A stretch of 64,000 nucleotides of DNA from Nitrosomonas sp. (GCA_031316255.1 JALDQW010000001.1:1767485-1831484); one strand, 5' to 3'; shown: positions 35,062 to 44,987, counted from the stretch's first letter. The notes: generated from the letters alone by a model not told the origin. A program made the numbers and translations.

Positions 35062-36471
35062 GAGGGTGTTCAAAATTCTGTGTCAGTTTGCCAATCACCT
35101 AACGCGCTTCGCTTGTTGACCACTGAAACCGGTGACCGATCGACACAATTCGTGTCGATACGCTAACCAGTTTCAGCGGTGACATAAAAATCTGTATTAA
35201 ATTCATAAATCCAGCGCCGCATCCAAACGCCCCTCAAAATATATCGCAAGCTGGGATAATGTCAAATTCCAGTTTAGTATTGGCATTGTCCATTTTTTGC
35301 TGGCGTTTTTGATACCAACATACAATAATTTCAACAGACTGTTTTCATTCGGAAATCCACCTTTGGTTTTTGTCAGTTTGCGAAATTGGCGATGTACGGC
35401 CTCAATGGTGTTGGTTGTATAAATCACACGGCGTATCGGTTCAGGATATTTGAAGTATACCGATAAATTTTCCCATTTGTTGCGCCAGGATTGAATCACG
35501 ATGGGATACTGTTTTCCCCATTTGGCTTCCAATGCATCAAGCGCATCTTCAGCTGCATCAATGGTCGGCGCTTTGTATACCGGTTTCAGGTCAGCCATGA
35601 ATGCTTTTTGATTTTTTGACGCCACATATTTCATCGAATTGCGGATTTGATGAATAATGCATAACTGAACCTCGGTTTCTGGAAAAATACTGTTGATTGC
35701 CTCAGGAAAACCCACGAGTCCGTCAACGGCGGCAATGAGGATATCCTGTACGCCACGATTATTCAGGTCTGTCAGTACGGAAAGCCAGAATCGGGCGCCT
35801 TCGCTTTCCGAAACATACAACCCCAGCACTTCCTTCCTTCCTTCAATGTTTAAGCCAAGTACGGTATAAACTGCCTTGCTGACATACCGGCCATCGTCTT
35901 TCACTTTGTGATGTATGGCATCCAGCCACACGAACGGATAGTGACTATCCAATGGCCGTTGCTGCCATTCCCTAAGCTCCGGAATAAGCTTGTCAGTGAC
36001 TGCACTGATCGTCGCCGATGAAACGTCAATGCCGTATATCTCGGCAATATGCCCAGAGATATCCTGATAGCTGGAGCCCAACGCAAATAACGATAGAATT
36101 TTGCGTTCGATTTCATCGGTAAGATGAGTCTGATGCTTTTTAACCAACTGAGGTTCAAATGTACCGTTGCGGTCTCTGGGTGTTTCCAGTTGAAAACTAC
36201 CTGATGCTGATTTTACAGTCTTTGGCGTCGTGCCATTCTTCCGGTTCTGTTCATCCCCGGATTTGATATGCTGTTCAAGTTCCGCCGCCAATGCAGCTTC
36301 AGTGAGTTGTTTGATCAATGGCGTTAATATGCCATCTTTTCCATTCAAATTCCGCCCCGCTTTCAAGGATTCCAAGGCTTCTTCAAAATCAAATTGCACT
36401 GTAGTCTTGTTCATTCGTCACTCCTATAAAATTTAATACTAAAGGAATGACACAGAATTTCTAATACTCCC
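35062..36471 (-). mobile_element. IS256-family insertion sequence, 1410 bp
   Basis: IRs GAGGGTGTTCAAAATTCTGTGTCA and (reverse complement) GGGAGTATTAGAAATTCTGTGTCA, 19/24 identical; flanked by an 8-bp direct repeat AAATCGTA (35054-35061 and 36472-36479). Confidence 0.95.
35203..36414 (-). CDS. IS256-family transposase
   Basis: PRDRNGTFEPQ, WLDAIH, AAVDGL, QLCIIHQIRNS and YTTNTIE motifs. Confidence 0.96.
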   Translation of the reverse strand: MNKTTVQFDFEEALESLKAGRNLNGKDGILTPLIKQLTEAALAAELEQHIKSGDEQNRKNGTTPKTVKSASGSFQLETPRDRNGTFEPQLVKKHQTHLTDEIERKILSLFALGSSYQDISGHIAEIYGIDVSSATISAVTDKLIPELREWQQRPLDSHYPFVWLDAIHHKVKDDGRYVSKAVYTVLGLNIEGRKEVLGLYVSESEGARFWLSVLTDLNNRGVQDILIAAVDGLVGFPEAINSIFPETEVQLCIIHQIRNSMKYVASKNQKAFMADLKPVYKAPTIDAAEDALDALEAKWGKQYPIVIQSWRNKWENLSVYFKYPEPIRRVIYTTNTIEAVHRQFRKLTKTKGGFPNENSLLKLLYVGIKNASKKWTMPILNWNLTLSQLAIYFEGRLDAALDL

Positions 36472-36734
36472 AAATCGTAATTACAAGTTACAGAACGTCA
36501 GTTTTAATAATGTCTGGGAGCTATTGAATTAGTGGTTTAATTGTTTCTAAAAATTGCTTGCTACTCATGTAGCTGCTCAATAATTGCTGTTAAAACCTCT
36601 TATTCATATTTTAAGGCAATTTACTACTAAGTGGTCCTGCTGTTTCTATTTACTTGCTTTGATTGAATCCAGGCGCGTCCAACTATCATTAGGAAAATCA
36701 CGATTTCCTTCATTCTTGCGATTATCCCAGTTAA

Positions 36735-37373
36735 TCAATCGTCGTTGATCAATCCTCGAATCGCGACGGCCTGCTTTTCCTTGGTGGCGGCAAATTTTCC
36801 GTAAGTTGAAAAGTGATAATGCCAAAAGACAGTTTTGTTTTCATCGGTGAACCAAACCTTCAGTTCGCTATCGGTAGCATCAGGCTTGGCCGCTATCCAC
36901 GGGAAATGTCCGGTTCGGCGCATCAGATTGCCAACACTGGCAGGCATGAAGATATATTTTGAATCACCTTCCAGGATAACCCGATTCAGCCATGCCAGAT
37001 GTTGATCGTCAAGATCGGACGGTACGAGTTTACTCCTGCCATACGTTGGTAAATGCAGTAATTCTATAAAAGCAATTTCAGGTGCATGCGTTTTGGTAAA
37101 GCCGATTTTTGCGAAACTGCGGTGATAGAACTTGCCATCGCCTTTGTAATTGTCCAGTAAGAAAGGATGGTGCACGCCGTATTTTTCCCAAAATAAAACA
37201 TCGTCATCAAGATATTCATACATTTCTTGTGATATTCCGGATTGATCAATATCTTCAGCATAATTTGCATCAAGGCCAATAAACAGATACTTGGCTTTCA
37301 TGGGATCAGTGCCTTGATAGGGACGATTGGAAAACAACCTGTTTAATGTTGTGCTGGGATGTTTATAGTACAT
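36735..37373 (-). CDS. hypothetical protein, possibly with a uracil-DNA glycosylase-like fold
   Basis: 212-aa ORF; YQGTDPMKAKYLFIGLDAN resembles the UDG-superfamily N-terminal motif (pattern impression only). Confidence 0.65.
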   Translation of the reverse strand: MYYKHPSTTLNRLFSNRPYQGTDPMKAKYLFIGLDANYAEDIDQSGISQEMYEYLDDDVLFWEKYGVHHPFLLDNYKGDGKFYHRSFAKIGFTKTHAPEIAFIELLHLPTYGRSKLVPSDLDDQHLAWLNRVILEGDSKYIFMPASVGNLMRRTGHFPWIAAKPDATDSELKVWFTDENKTVFWHYHFSTYGKFAATKEKQAVAIRGLINDD

Positions 37374-37420
37374 AGATAATTTAAACCTCGAGAAAGTTGG
37401 AAGTTATATAGCTGGATCGG

Positions 37421-37606
37421 TTATCTATCTTTGAGCAAGATTCTTAATAATCCCCAAGAAAAGGCAGCAATAAAACCAATACAGAAGAAAACAGTATTGA
37501 TGCTCCATGCCAGAACGGTCACAATCAAACCATTGTCTTTTTTCTGAAGGAAAGAAGGGGTCCATAATAAAGAATTCCAGAGTGGTCTTGATACGAGCTG
37601 TAGTAT
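37421..37606 (-). pseudogene. start-less C-terminal fragment of a membrane protein
   Basis: Open frame ...LWTPSFLQKKDNGLIVTVLAWSINTVFFCIGFIAAFSWGLLRILLKDR*; no start codon; 5' end runs into the left inverted repeat. Confidence 0.35.
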
Positions 37607-37631
37607 ACCTTATTTTTCTTGATTCGCGACC
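37587..37631. repeat. left arm of a ~45-bp inverted repeat pair
   Basis: CTTGATACGAGCTGTAGTATACCTTATTTTTCTTGATTCGCGACC; pairs with 39143-39189. Confidence 0.85.
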
Positions 37632-37710
37632 TGACCCCTATCCGTACGTGACCCCTATCCGTACGTGACCCCTATCCGTATCTGCGCTTGTGACCCCTAT
37701 CTGCGCTTGC
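37632..37710. repeat. tandem TGACCCCTATCCGTACG (17-bp) array plus variants
   Basis: Units at 37632 and 37649, a partial unit at 37666, and a TGACCCCTATCTGCGCTTG variant at 37691. Confidence 0.9.
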
Positions 37711-37858
37711 AGGGAAAATGGGTCTTGCAATACAACATTCAAATTCTCCTCTCTGCCTGGCTCGCAACAGGCAACCAATCCAGTTGTACTGTGGGGTGTT
37801 CAGGTCTAGAATAATAGCCTACTAATATAGGCCTGACGATTATCTATGAATGTATTAA

Positions 37859-37939
37859 TGCAAGACCGAACCCATTTGTGCGTGCAAGACCGAACCCCTT
37901 TGTGCGTGCATGATTGCAAGACGACCCCATAGTGTGCGT
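37859..37939. repeat. tandem TGCAAGACCGAACCC(A/C)TTTGTGCG (24-bp) array
   Basis: Units at 37859 and 37883, degenerate third copy at 37915; inverted partner GGGTCTTGCAA at 37720-37730. Confidence 0.9.
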
Positions 37940-38228
37940 AGCAAATATATGGCATAACTGCCCTCTGAATAAAAACATAGAGTTATAAAGATAATAATTT
38001 GCTTTGCCAGTTTTTATTGTATTAATACTTCTTGAACAGGTAGAAATGAAATTCTTTTTCTTGCTAAAAAGGTTGTTGTTGCTAAGATTGACTTGACATC
38101 GATAATAAAATCTTGCATATCATATTGATGTTTATACTGCTTTTTAATGGTTTTGTTAAATTTATGCTGGTTACGAACGTGGAAATTTGTTTGAGAGAAT
38201 AGTTTTTTTAGAGAAATTGAGGTTGTAT

Positions 38229-39035
38229 ATGCATAGTTTAAAAATATTTGGGAAATTTATTTTTATTTTATTTATTACGGGATGTTCGATTACACCTAAC
38301 TCCAATGAATTAAAAGGTTTAAGACCAATTAGTCAAGATACTAGAGATGCTATCGCGATATGTAGTGGTAAATATGAAAATTCAAACGCAGGTAAACTGC
38401 AGGCTAAATTCCTTAAAAGCGGTGCCAATGCGGAATTAGCTTTAAAGCAGCTGGAAGGTGGTGGGCCAATGTATAGAGATGGTCTGGGAGATACAGCAGC
38501 AGTTGACATGTATAAGGAATACGTTAAATGTATTAAGGCTCATCAATCATTGCAGAGAAAATCACAAGAAAAAAGCCCTAAAGAAGTACAGGAAAAACCA
38601 TACCAGAAGGTAACCAAGTCATTGCATGGCGTGGAGTATGCGTTCAATGGTTGTAACAGAGAAAATGGAAATACGCTGGCGTGTACTCTAGAACTTACCA
38701 GCAAATATCGTGATAGGGGTCTAGTTACTATTGTGGATCGATACAATTATTTTAATCCTAAAGTTGGTCATTTTACTGAAATTTATGGAACTCGTGTATT
38801 TGATAATTACGGAGAGCAATATGGTGTGAATGAAGTCGTCCTTTCAAATAGAGGAGACTTTCGACGTATTATTCTAATTGCAGATGTGCCTGTAACCATG
38901 ACTATGAAATTCCCCAATCTTTCGACAAGAGCTAATGAAATAAAAAAATTTGATTTAGTGGTTGAGACTTGGCTAGATAGGAATTCAGCGGTAGGAATTC
39001 TCGAATTCAGGAATATCTCGATAGAGGAGCTATAA
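38229..39035 (+). CDS. AT-rich lipoprotein of unknown function
   Basis: MHSLKIFGKFIFILFITG-C lipobox; GAGG RBS; visibly more AT-rich than core genes. Confidence 0.8.
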   Translation: MHSLKIFGKFIFILFITGCSITPNSNELKGLRPISQDTRDAIAICSGKYENSNAGKLQAKFLKSGANAELALKQLEGGGPMYRDGLGDTAAVDMYKEYVKCIKAHQSLQRKSQEKSPKEVQEKPYQKVTKSLHGVEYAFNGCNRENGNTLACTLELTSKYRDRGLVTIVDRYNYFNPKVGHFTEIYGTRVFDNYGEQYGVNEVVLSNRGDFRRIILIADVPVTMTMKFPNLSTRANEIKKFDLVVETWLDRNSAVGILEFRNISIEEL

Positions 39036-39142
39036 AGATAAGGTCAGAAGTGAGCCTGTATTTTTTTAGGCAGTTTCTTTAGGAATTATTTTCACATGCA
39101 TCAATGCTATTTTAATAATGGTAATTGTTTGAGGAAAACTGG

Positions 39143-39189
39143 GGTCGCGAATCAAGAAAAAATAAGTGTATGCTTCAGTCTCTGTCAAG
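39143..39189. repeat. right arm of the ~45-bp inverted repeat pair
   Basis: Reverse complement CTTGACAGAGACTGAAGCATACACTTATTTTTTCTTGATTCGCGACC; the inner 19 bp are identical to the left arm; preceded by GGGGTC. Confidence 0.85.
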
Positions 39190-39256
39190 CCCGCTCCGTT
39201 TAAAATTTCCGAATGCGTTTTATCATAATCATCTTGTGGGATTAATTGAAACAATG

Positions 39257-40012
39257 CTAAAGATTACAAAACGTCAGTTCAAATGCGACATCTTTCTCGT
39301 AAACTTTTGCGCGTTGCCCGGATTGCGAGGGAATAAAGCGGATATTCAGTGCATACTTGTTGGCGCTGATTTCTGGAACGCAAGGAAAATCTTCGTTGAC
39401 TCTGACGCGCAGCAAATGCGCGAAATAATCGCTTCCAGGCTGCTGGAAAATGCCCTGATGGGCAATGTTTTGTGTGGTTTTTCCACTGCTTCTCAATAGA
39501 TAGAGCACGATTCCAAATGCGTTGCGAATGGGCAGCATGGGAGCCAGCCATTCGTTGAAATCCTTCCGGCGCATGGCCGGATCCAGATTCAACCAGTAAT
39601 GGTAGGACGGCAGGTCAAACTCACATACGCCGCCCGGAATGCTGGTGCGCTGTTTGATGGTCATAAGCCATTCGTTATCGCGCAGATACTCGCCAACCTT
39701 GCCGGATATTTCCAGCATGGATCGAAAAGTGGTCTGGATATTATCCAGAACATCATCCAGCGCCGTTTCTGAAATATTCGGGTTTTTGCGTAGTGTTTCG
39801 AGCATCTGCTTTTGCCGTTCCAATTCCTGTAATAAATCGGTTTTGATATCCGAACGGCTGGTGACTTCCAGTACCTCAAACAACGTCATCAGCGAAGCAT
39901 GATGTTGTAGCGGAGAATCCTTGGCGGAGAAGAAGTCTATTTTTTTGAACAGGTCTTCTAATCGTAACAGGGTACGGATGCGTTCATTGAGCGGGTGTTC
40001 GTAGCAGATCAC
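39257..40012 (-). CDS. zapD: cell division protein ZapD
   Basis: YEHPLNERIRTLLRLE, PGGVCEFDLP and SANKYALNIRF; C-terminal ELTFC. Confidence 0.95.
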   Translation of the reverse strand: MICYEHPLNERIRTLLRLEDLFKKIDFFSAKDSPLQHHASLMTLFEVLEVTSRSDIKTDLLQELERQKQMLETLRKNPNISETALDDVLDNIQTTFRSMLEISGKVGEYLRDNEWLMTIKQRTSIPGGVCEFDLPSYHYWLNLDPAMRRKDFNEWLAPMLPIRNAFGIVLYLLRSSGKTTQNIAHQGIFQQPGSDYFAHLLRVRVNEDFPCVPEISANKYALNIRFIPSQSGQRAKVYEKDVAFELTFCNL

Positions 40013-40186
40013 GATGGAATATTTTTTTAGACGATAAAACCAAATCTTGCCTTAAGCGATAAAATTATACAAATGAAAATTTGGTAATAATCGAATTAGT
40101 GGCCAAGGTGCAAGGTGAAACGAGCTTTTTTGTCTGGATTTGCTTTAAGGATTCATCGTAAAGATAATTCAAGAAAACGTTTTGTG

Positions 40187-41377
40187 TTATGTTTTTTTGA
40201 TGCAGCTTAAAATGAGTGCTTCCATTTTTTTCATACTCTCATGCCAGGAATGATTTGAGAGCATTCTTTCTCTGCCCACTTTGGCAAGTTTGTCTCTTAA
40301 GGGAGCGGATTCCATAAGACTGGTGAGTTTCTCGGCATATTCTGCCGGTGTGTCGGCGGTCAAAAAATGTTCGCCGGGTATTGCATCGACGCCGCCTGCA
40401 GCCAGTGTGCTGGATACGACGGGAACGCCCATGGCCATTGCCTCCAGAATTTTATTTTGTGTTCCGCGCGCGATATTGAGCGGTGCAACCATTGCGGCAG
40501 TTTTTAGAACGTATGGGCGTACATCTTCTACGCTGCCGGTTACAATAACGCCGGGAATGTTTTCTAGTTCGCGTATTTCCCGGGGCGGTTCTGCGCCAAC
40601 AATATAAAGTTTTGCTTCAGGTATTTTCTCCTGAATCAGCGGTAAAGTCTGATGACAGAATTCGAGCATGCACTGTTGATTGGGATAGTAGTCCATGCGG
40701 CCAATAAAAGAAATGCTATGCGGATCGTATTGAGTGCCGTCCGGTTTAAAAAACTCGGCGTCCACGCCATTGGGAAACCAGTCAGTTTTTTTTGCCGTGT
40801 TAAAGCTGTCAAGTGTTTCCAGTTCGGCCTTTGTAATGCAGGTGGACAAATCAAATTTGGACGCAAGCGATTTCTCGGAATACATCAGTTTTGTCCCTTC
40901 CAGCCAATATCCCCAGTTTAGGGGAAAAGGTTTGAAACTTCTATAGATGAGCCATTTCTGGGAATCCATATCGGCATAGTCAAGTATTTTGGGAATATTT
41001 TGGACATTTTCCACATAGTGTGCGACAGCCGAACAATGAACAAAGATCGCGTCAAAATTCTCTGTATCCAGCCAGGCATTGATCTGTTTTTTTAGTTTGC
41101 TGCTGTAAAAATAAGCCAACGAGGATGGCATGGGTGTCGGCAAATACGCAATCATTCGCGCCCATTGTACGGATTCATTAACCAGGCCTATCGTATATTG
41201 ATGACAGTATTCTGCGATGCCGGCGCATTCATCGAACTCCTGCTGTGATCTGGCAAGCGAGGCAACCCATACTTTGTGGCCTTGTTCGGTCAAGTGCTTA
41301 ATCATATGAAACGCGCGAACTTTTCCGCCGCCTTCAGGAGGGTATGGAAAACGGTGGCAGATGTATAAAATATTCAT
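40187..41377 (-). CDS. GT4 glycosyltransferase, TIGR03087-like (PEP-CTERM/exosortase system-associated)
   Basis: CHRFPYPP.GGGKVR, DYADMDSQKW, FIGRMDYYPN and ARGTQNKILEAMAMG motifs. Confidence 0.85.
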   Translation of the reverse strand: MNILYICHRFPYPPEGGGKVRAFHMIKHLTEQGHKVWVASLARSQQEFDECAGIAEYCHQYTIGLVNESVQWARMIAYLPTPMPSSLAYFYSSKLKKQINAWLDTENFDAIFVHCSAVAHYVENVQNIPKILDYADMDSQKWLIYRSFKPFPLNWGYWLEGTKLMYSEKSLASKFDLSTCITKAELETLDSFNTAKKTDWFPNGVDAEFFKPDGTQYDPHSISFIGRMDYYPNQQCMLEFCHQTLPLIQEKIPEAKLYIVGAEPPREIRELENIPGVIVTGSVEDVRPYVLKTAAMVAPLNIARGTQNKILEAMAMGVPVVSSTLAAGGVDAIPGEHFLTADTPAEYAEKLTSLMESAPLRDKLAKVGRERMLSNHSWHESMKKMEALILSCIKKT

Positions 41378-41523
41378 TGGATGAACTGTTTGTTGTGGGA
41401 TGACGGATTTGATTACACATCAATCCTGGTGCGCCGTCAACTGTACCATGGTGTACTGGTTACTCTTTCGGTTTGATATTGCCGGGTTTGGTGGATTTGT
41501 CAGTACCTTATGACTTTATCGGA

Positions 41524-42135
41524 TTAGATTACGCTGACGCCTTCATTGCTCAACATTTCGATGAGCGCGATCAGCGGCAAGCCGATCAGTGCGTTGGGAT
41601 CGTCGCCGTTCATCTGTTCGATGAGTGCGATGCCGAGGCCTTCTGATTTTGCGCTGCCGGCACAGTGGTAGGGCTGCTCCTTGGTGAGATAATTTTCAAT
41701 TTGCTGATCGCTCAGTTGGCGGAATTTGACGTGATACGGAACTACCCGGGCTTGCAGTCGGCCTGTGTGACTGTTTAATAGACATAATGCGGTACTGAAA
41801 GTAACTTTCTGTCCGCGAATGCGTTGCAATTGCTTAACTGCATTCCCATGTGTCAACGGTTTGCCGAGATGGACGCCATTCAATACTGCGACCTGATCAG
41901 ACCCGATAATCAGCGCCTGTGAAAATTTTTGGGCGACAAACCGTGCTTTGGCCTCGGCCAGACGCAGGGCTGTTTCTTCAGGCGTTTCATTAGGGAGCAC
42001 TGATTCGTCAACCTGCGGATTGTCGGTTTCAAAGGGTAGTTGCAAGCGCTGCAACAGTTCCCGGCGGTAAATTGAGCTGGATCCGAGGACGATTTTTTGA
42101 GTAATTTTTTGTATTTTCAAAGTTTCTTTTTGCAT
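41524..42135 (-). CDS. maf: Maf-family nucleotide pyrophosphatase (YceF-like)
   Basis: [23 protein letters not shown] and LIGLPL motifs. Confidence 0.92.
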   Translation of the reverse strand: MQKETLKIQKITQKIVLGSSSIYRRELLQRLQLPFETDNPQVDESVLPNETPEETALRLAEAKARFVAQKFSQALIIGSDQVAVLNGVHLGKPLTHGNAVKQLQRIRGQKVTFSTALCLLNSHTGRLQARVVPYHVKFRQLSDQQIENYLTKEQPYHCAGSAKSEGLGIALIEQMNGDDPNALIGLPLIALIEMLSNEGVSVI

Positions 42136-42176
42136 TTTTTGACACTGAAAGATAAAAAATATAACATGCGCGCCTT

Positions 42177-42692
42177 ATGTCTGTATCATTTGTAATAGAT
42201 CCGCTTGATTTTGTGCGCAAAGCAGGGGAGCATCATGGTAAAATCCGGCTTGCTGATCTGGAACGCATACAGGACTTTCTGTATGAAAACAAAGGTGAAG
42301 TGAGCTACCGGGTAATTGGTGCGCTGGACCAGAATAACAAACCTTGTCTGCATATACAGGTTGCCGGTGAGATGTATCTTAACTGTCAACGGTGTCTGGG
42401 CGGTTTGTCGCATATGCTGGATATTAATACATCCCTGCTGCTGGTTGAAACTGAAAATGAGCTGGCTCAAATGGACAGGGACGGTACAGTTGATGCCGTT
42501 TTGGCAACCGTGGACATGGATGTGACGGATTTGATTGAAGATGAGATTATATTAAGTTTATCGATCTCGTCGCGACATAATGAAGGTGAATGTGAAATAC
42601 ATGATCCGGAGCGCTATAAGGCGCGTGAGGATGCAGAATCAGAGAATCCGTTTGCAGCTTTAGAAGCGCTGAAGAAAGATAGAGTAAAGTAA
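42177..42692 (+). CDS. yceD: DUF177/YceD 23S rRNA accumulation protein
   Basis: CQRCL, LIEDEIILSL and NPFAAL; immediately upstream of rpmF. Confidence 0.9.
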   Translation: MSVSFVIDPLDFVRKAGEHHGKIRLADLERIQDFLYENKGEVSYRVIGALDQNNKPCLHIQVAGEMYLNCQRCLGGLSHMLDINTSLLLVETENELAQMDRDGTVDAVLATVDMDVTDLIEDEIILSLSISSRHNEGECEIHDPERYKAREDAESENPFAALEALKKDRVK

Positions 42693-42705
42693 GGAGTTAT
42701 AGTGT

Positions 42706-42888
42706 ATGGCAGTGCAACAAAATAAAAAATCCCCTTCAAAAAGGGGGATGCATCGATCGCATGATGCTTTGAAAAATCCACCATTAGCCATTGAACCCAG
42801 CACAGGAGAGGTTCATCTGCGTCATCATATCAGCCCGAATGGCTATTATCGCGGTAAAAAGGTCGTTCAAACCAAATCCGACGATTAA
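42706..42888 (+). CDS. rpmF: 50S ribosomal protein L32
   Basis: [20 protein letters not shown]...[14 protein letters not shown]. Confidence 0.98.
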   Translation: MAVQQNKKSPSKRGMHRSHDALKNPPLAIEPSTGEVHLRHHISPNGYYRGKKVVQTKSDD

Positions 42889-42960
42889 ACAATTTTTCAG
42901 CAATTTGTGGTTTATTGAATCTTAAGTGTAGATGAACGGCGCGCCAAAAAGGCTTCGAAA

Positions 42961-43974
42961 TTGGATATCACGGTCGCGATAGATTGCATGGGGGGCGATC
43001 ATGGTCCTCATGTGACAGTACCTTCAGCGATTGATTATCTAAAACATGATCCCGAAGCGAATATTATTCTGGTAGGTATTCCCGAAGCGATTGAAGCTGA
43101 ATTACAGGTTGCAAAATTCAAACCCGGAACGCGTGTTAGAATCCATCCGGCAAGTGAGGTCGTGGGTATGGATGAATCTCCTGCGCTGGCTTTGCGTAAC
43201 AAAAAAGACTCTTCCATGCGCGTTTCGATTAATCTGGTCAAGACAGGTGAAGCCCAGGCCTGTATCAGTGCTGGAAATACAGGCGCATTGCTGGCAACCT
43301 CGCGTTTCGTTTTGAAAACAATTCCCGGGATTGATCGTCCAGCACTGGCCGTTGTTTTGCCAACTATCACAGGTCATACTTATGTGCTCGATTTGGGCGC
43401 AAATGTCAATTGCACAGCCGAACACCTGTTACAATTCGGGGTTATGGGCGCATCATTGGTCTCATCCGTAGAAAATAAAACTGCGCCTAGTGTAGGGTTG
43501 TTGAATATTGGCGAAGAAGAAATCAAAGGTAACGAAATCGTTAAACAGGCAGCAGACTTGCTGCGTGGTAGCGGACTTAACTTTTATGGTAATGTAGAAG
43601 GCGATGACATTTATAAAGGGACGACAGATGTCGTTGTCTGCGACGGCTTTGTCGGAAATGTGACGCTTAAAACATCCGAGGGTCTGGCGCAAATGCTGGC
43701 TACGTATCTGCGCGAAGAGTTTAAACGTAATTTGCTGACCAAGCTTGCCGGTGTGGTTGCCCTGCCTGTAATCAACGCATTTAAACGCCGGGTGGATCAC
43801 CGCCAGTATAATGGCGCAAGCTTCCTGGGGCTAAAAGGTATTGTCATTAAAAGTCACGGGTCTGCTGACGTTTTTGCATTTCGTTCAGCAATTAAACGTG
43901 CGGCCGACGAAGTGCGCGGCGGTATGTTGCGCCGTATCACTGAACGTGTGGCCGAGTTGTCCAGACAATCCTGA
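42961..43974 (+). CDS. plsX: phosphate acyltransferase
   Basis: [23 protein letters not shown] and VIKSHGS motifs. Confidence 0.97.
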   Translation: MDITVAIDCMGGDHGPHVTVPSAIDYLKHDPEANIILVGIPEAIEAELQVAKFKPGTRVRIHPASEVVGMDESPALALRNKKDSSMRVSINLVKTGEAQACISAGNTGALLATSRFVLKTIPGIDRPALAVVLPTITGHTYVLDLGANVNCTAEHLLQFGVMGASLVSSVENKTAPSVGLLNIGEEEIKGNEIVKQAADLLRGSGLNFYGNVEGDDIYKGTTDVVVCDGFVGNVTLKTSEGLAQMLATYLREEFKRNLLTKLAGVVALPVINAFKRRVDHRQYNGASFLGLKGIVIKSHGSADVFAFRSAIKRAADEVRGGMLRRITERVAELSRQS

Positions 43975-44030
43975 AAGAATAATAACGATTTCCAAGAGAA
44001 AGATATAACGTAACGAAAACTGTTAACCAA

Positions 44031-44987
44031 ATGTATTCACGTATCGTAGGTACAGGCAGCTATTTGCCGGAAAAGATTCTAACCAATCATGACTTGGAAA
44101 AGATGGTGGAAACAAGTGATGAATGGATACGCTCGCGCACGGGAATTACGCAGCGTCATATTGCGCGTGATGATCAAAAGGCCAGTGATTTGGCGTATTT
44201 TGCCAGTCAAGAAGCAATGAAAGCGGCGGGTGTGACCAATAAGGATATTGATTTAATCATTGTGGCAACGACTACACCGGATATGATTTTTCCGAGCACC
44301 GCGTGTATTTTGCAAGATAAACTGGGTATAGATCATTGTCCGGCGTTCGATGTACAGGCTGTTTGCAGTGGTTTTGTTTATGCGCTGGCGACTGCCGATA
44401 TGTTTGTCAGTTCCGGCAAATGCCGGAATGCGCTGATTGTCGGCGCTGAAATTTACTCCAAAATATTGGATTGGAAAGATCGAAGCACCTGTGTTTTGTT
44501 TGGCGATGGCGCCGGTGCGGTTGTGCTTTCTCAAAGTGAAGAACCCGGTATTTTATCAAGTCATTTGCATGCCAGCGGCAGTTACAAGGATGTGCTTTCG
44601 GTTCCAGGCAGTATCGGTGGTGGTGTGGTTCAGGGCGATCCCTATATCAATATGGAAGGCGGAACGGTTTTTAAATTTGCGGTCAAAGTGCTGGAAGATG
44701 TTGTGCATGAGGCGGTTGAAGAAAACAAGTTGACACCTTCGGATATCGACTGGCTGATACCGCATCAGGCCAATATTCGCATTATTCGTTCAACGGCACA
44801 GAAACTGGGTATACCCTTGGACAAAGTCGTTGTAACCGTTGACAAACACGGCAATACATCCGCGGCTTCTATTCCTCTGGCACTGGATATGGCGGTGAGG
44901 GATGGCCGTATCCATAAGGATCAGCTTGTGCTGCTAGAAGGTGTTGGCGGTGGTTTCACATGGGGGGCGGTACTGCTGCGCTGGTAA
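44031..44987 (+). CDS. fabH: beta-ketoacyl-ACP synthase III
   Basis: [19 protein letters not shown] and GNTSAAS motifs. Confidence 0.97.
   Translation: MYSRIVGTGSYLPEKILTNHDLEKMVETSDEWIRSRTGITQRHIARDDQKASDLAYFASQEAMKAAGVTNKDIDLIIVATTTPDMIFPSTACILQDKLGIDHCPAFDVQAVCSGFVYALATADMFVSSGKCRNALIVGAEIYSKILDWKDRSTCVLFGDGAGAVVLSQSEEPGILSSHLHASGSYKDVLSVPGSIGGGVVQGDPYINMEGGTVFKFAVKVLEDVVHEAVEENKLTPSDIDWLIPHQANIRIIRSTAQKLGIPLDKVVVTVDKHGNTSAASIPLALDMAVRDGRIHKDQLVLLEGVGGGFTWGAVLLRW

Noticed and set aside
37632-37939. CRISPR array or integron attC sites
   Set aside because: Units are 17 and 24 bp in tandem with repeated rather than unique spacers; no cas genes; no RYYYAAC...GTTRRRY cores or intI.
39066-39254. 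yacG downstream of zapD
   Set aside because: The ORF lacks the CxxC zinc motif and runs through the inverted repeat.
41409-41423. FNR box TTGAT...ATCAA upstream of the glycosyltransferase
   Set aside because: The spacer is 5 bp (TACAC), not the required 4.
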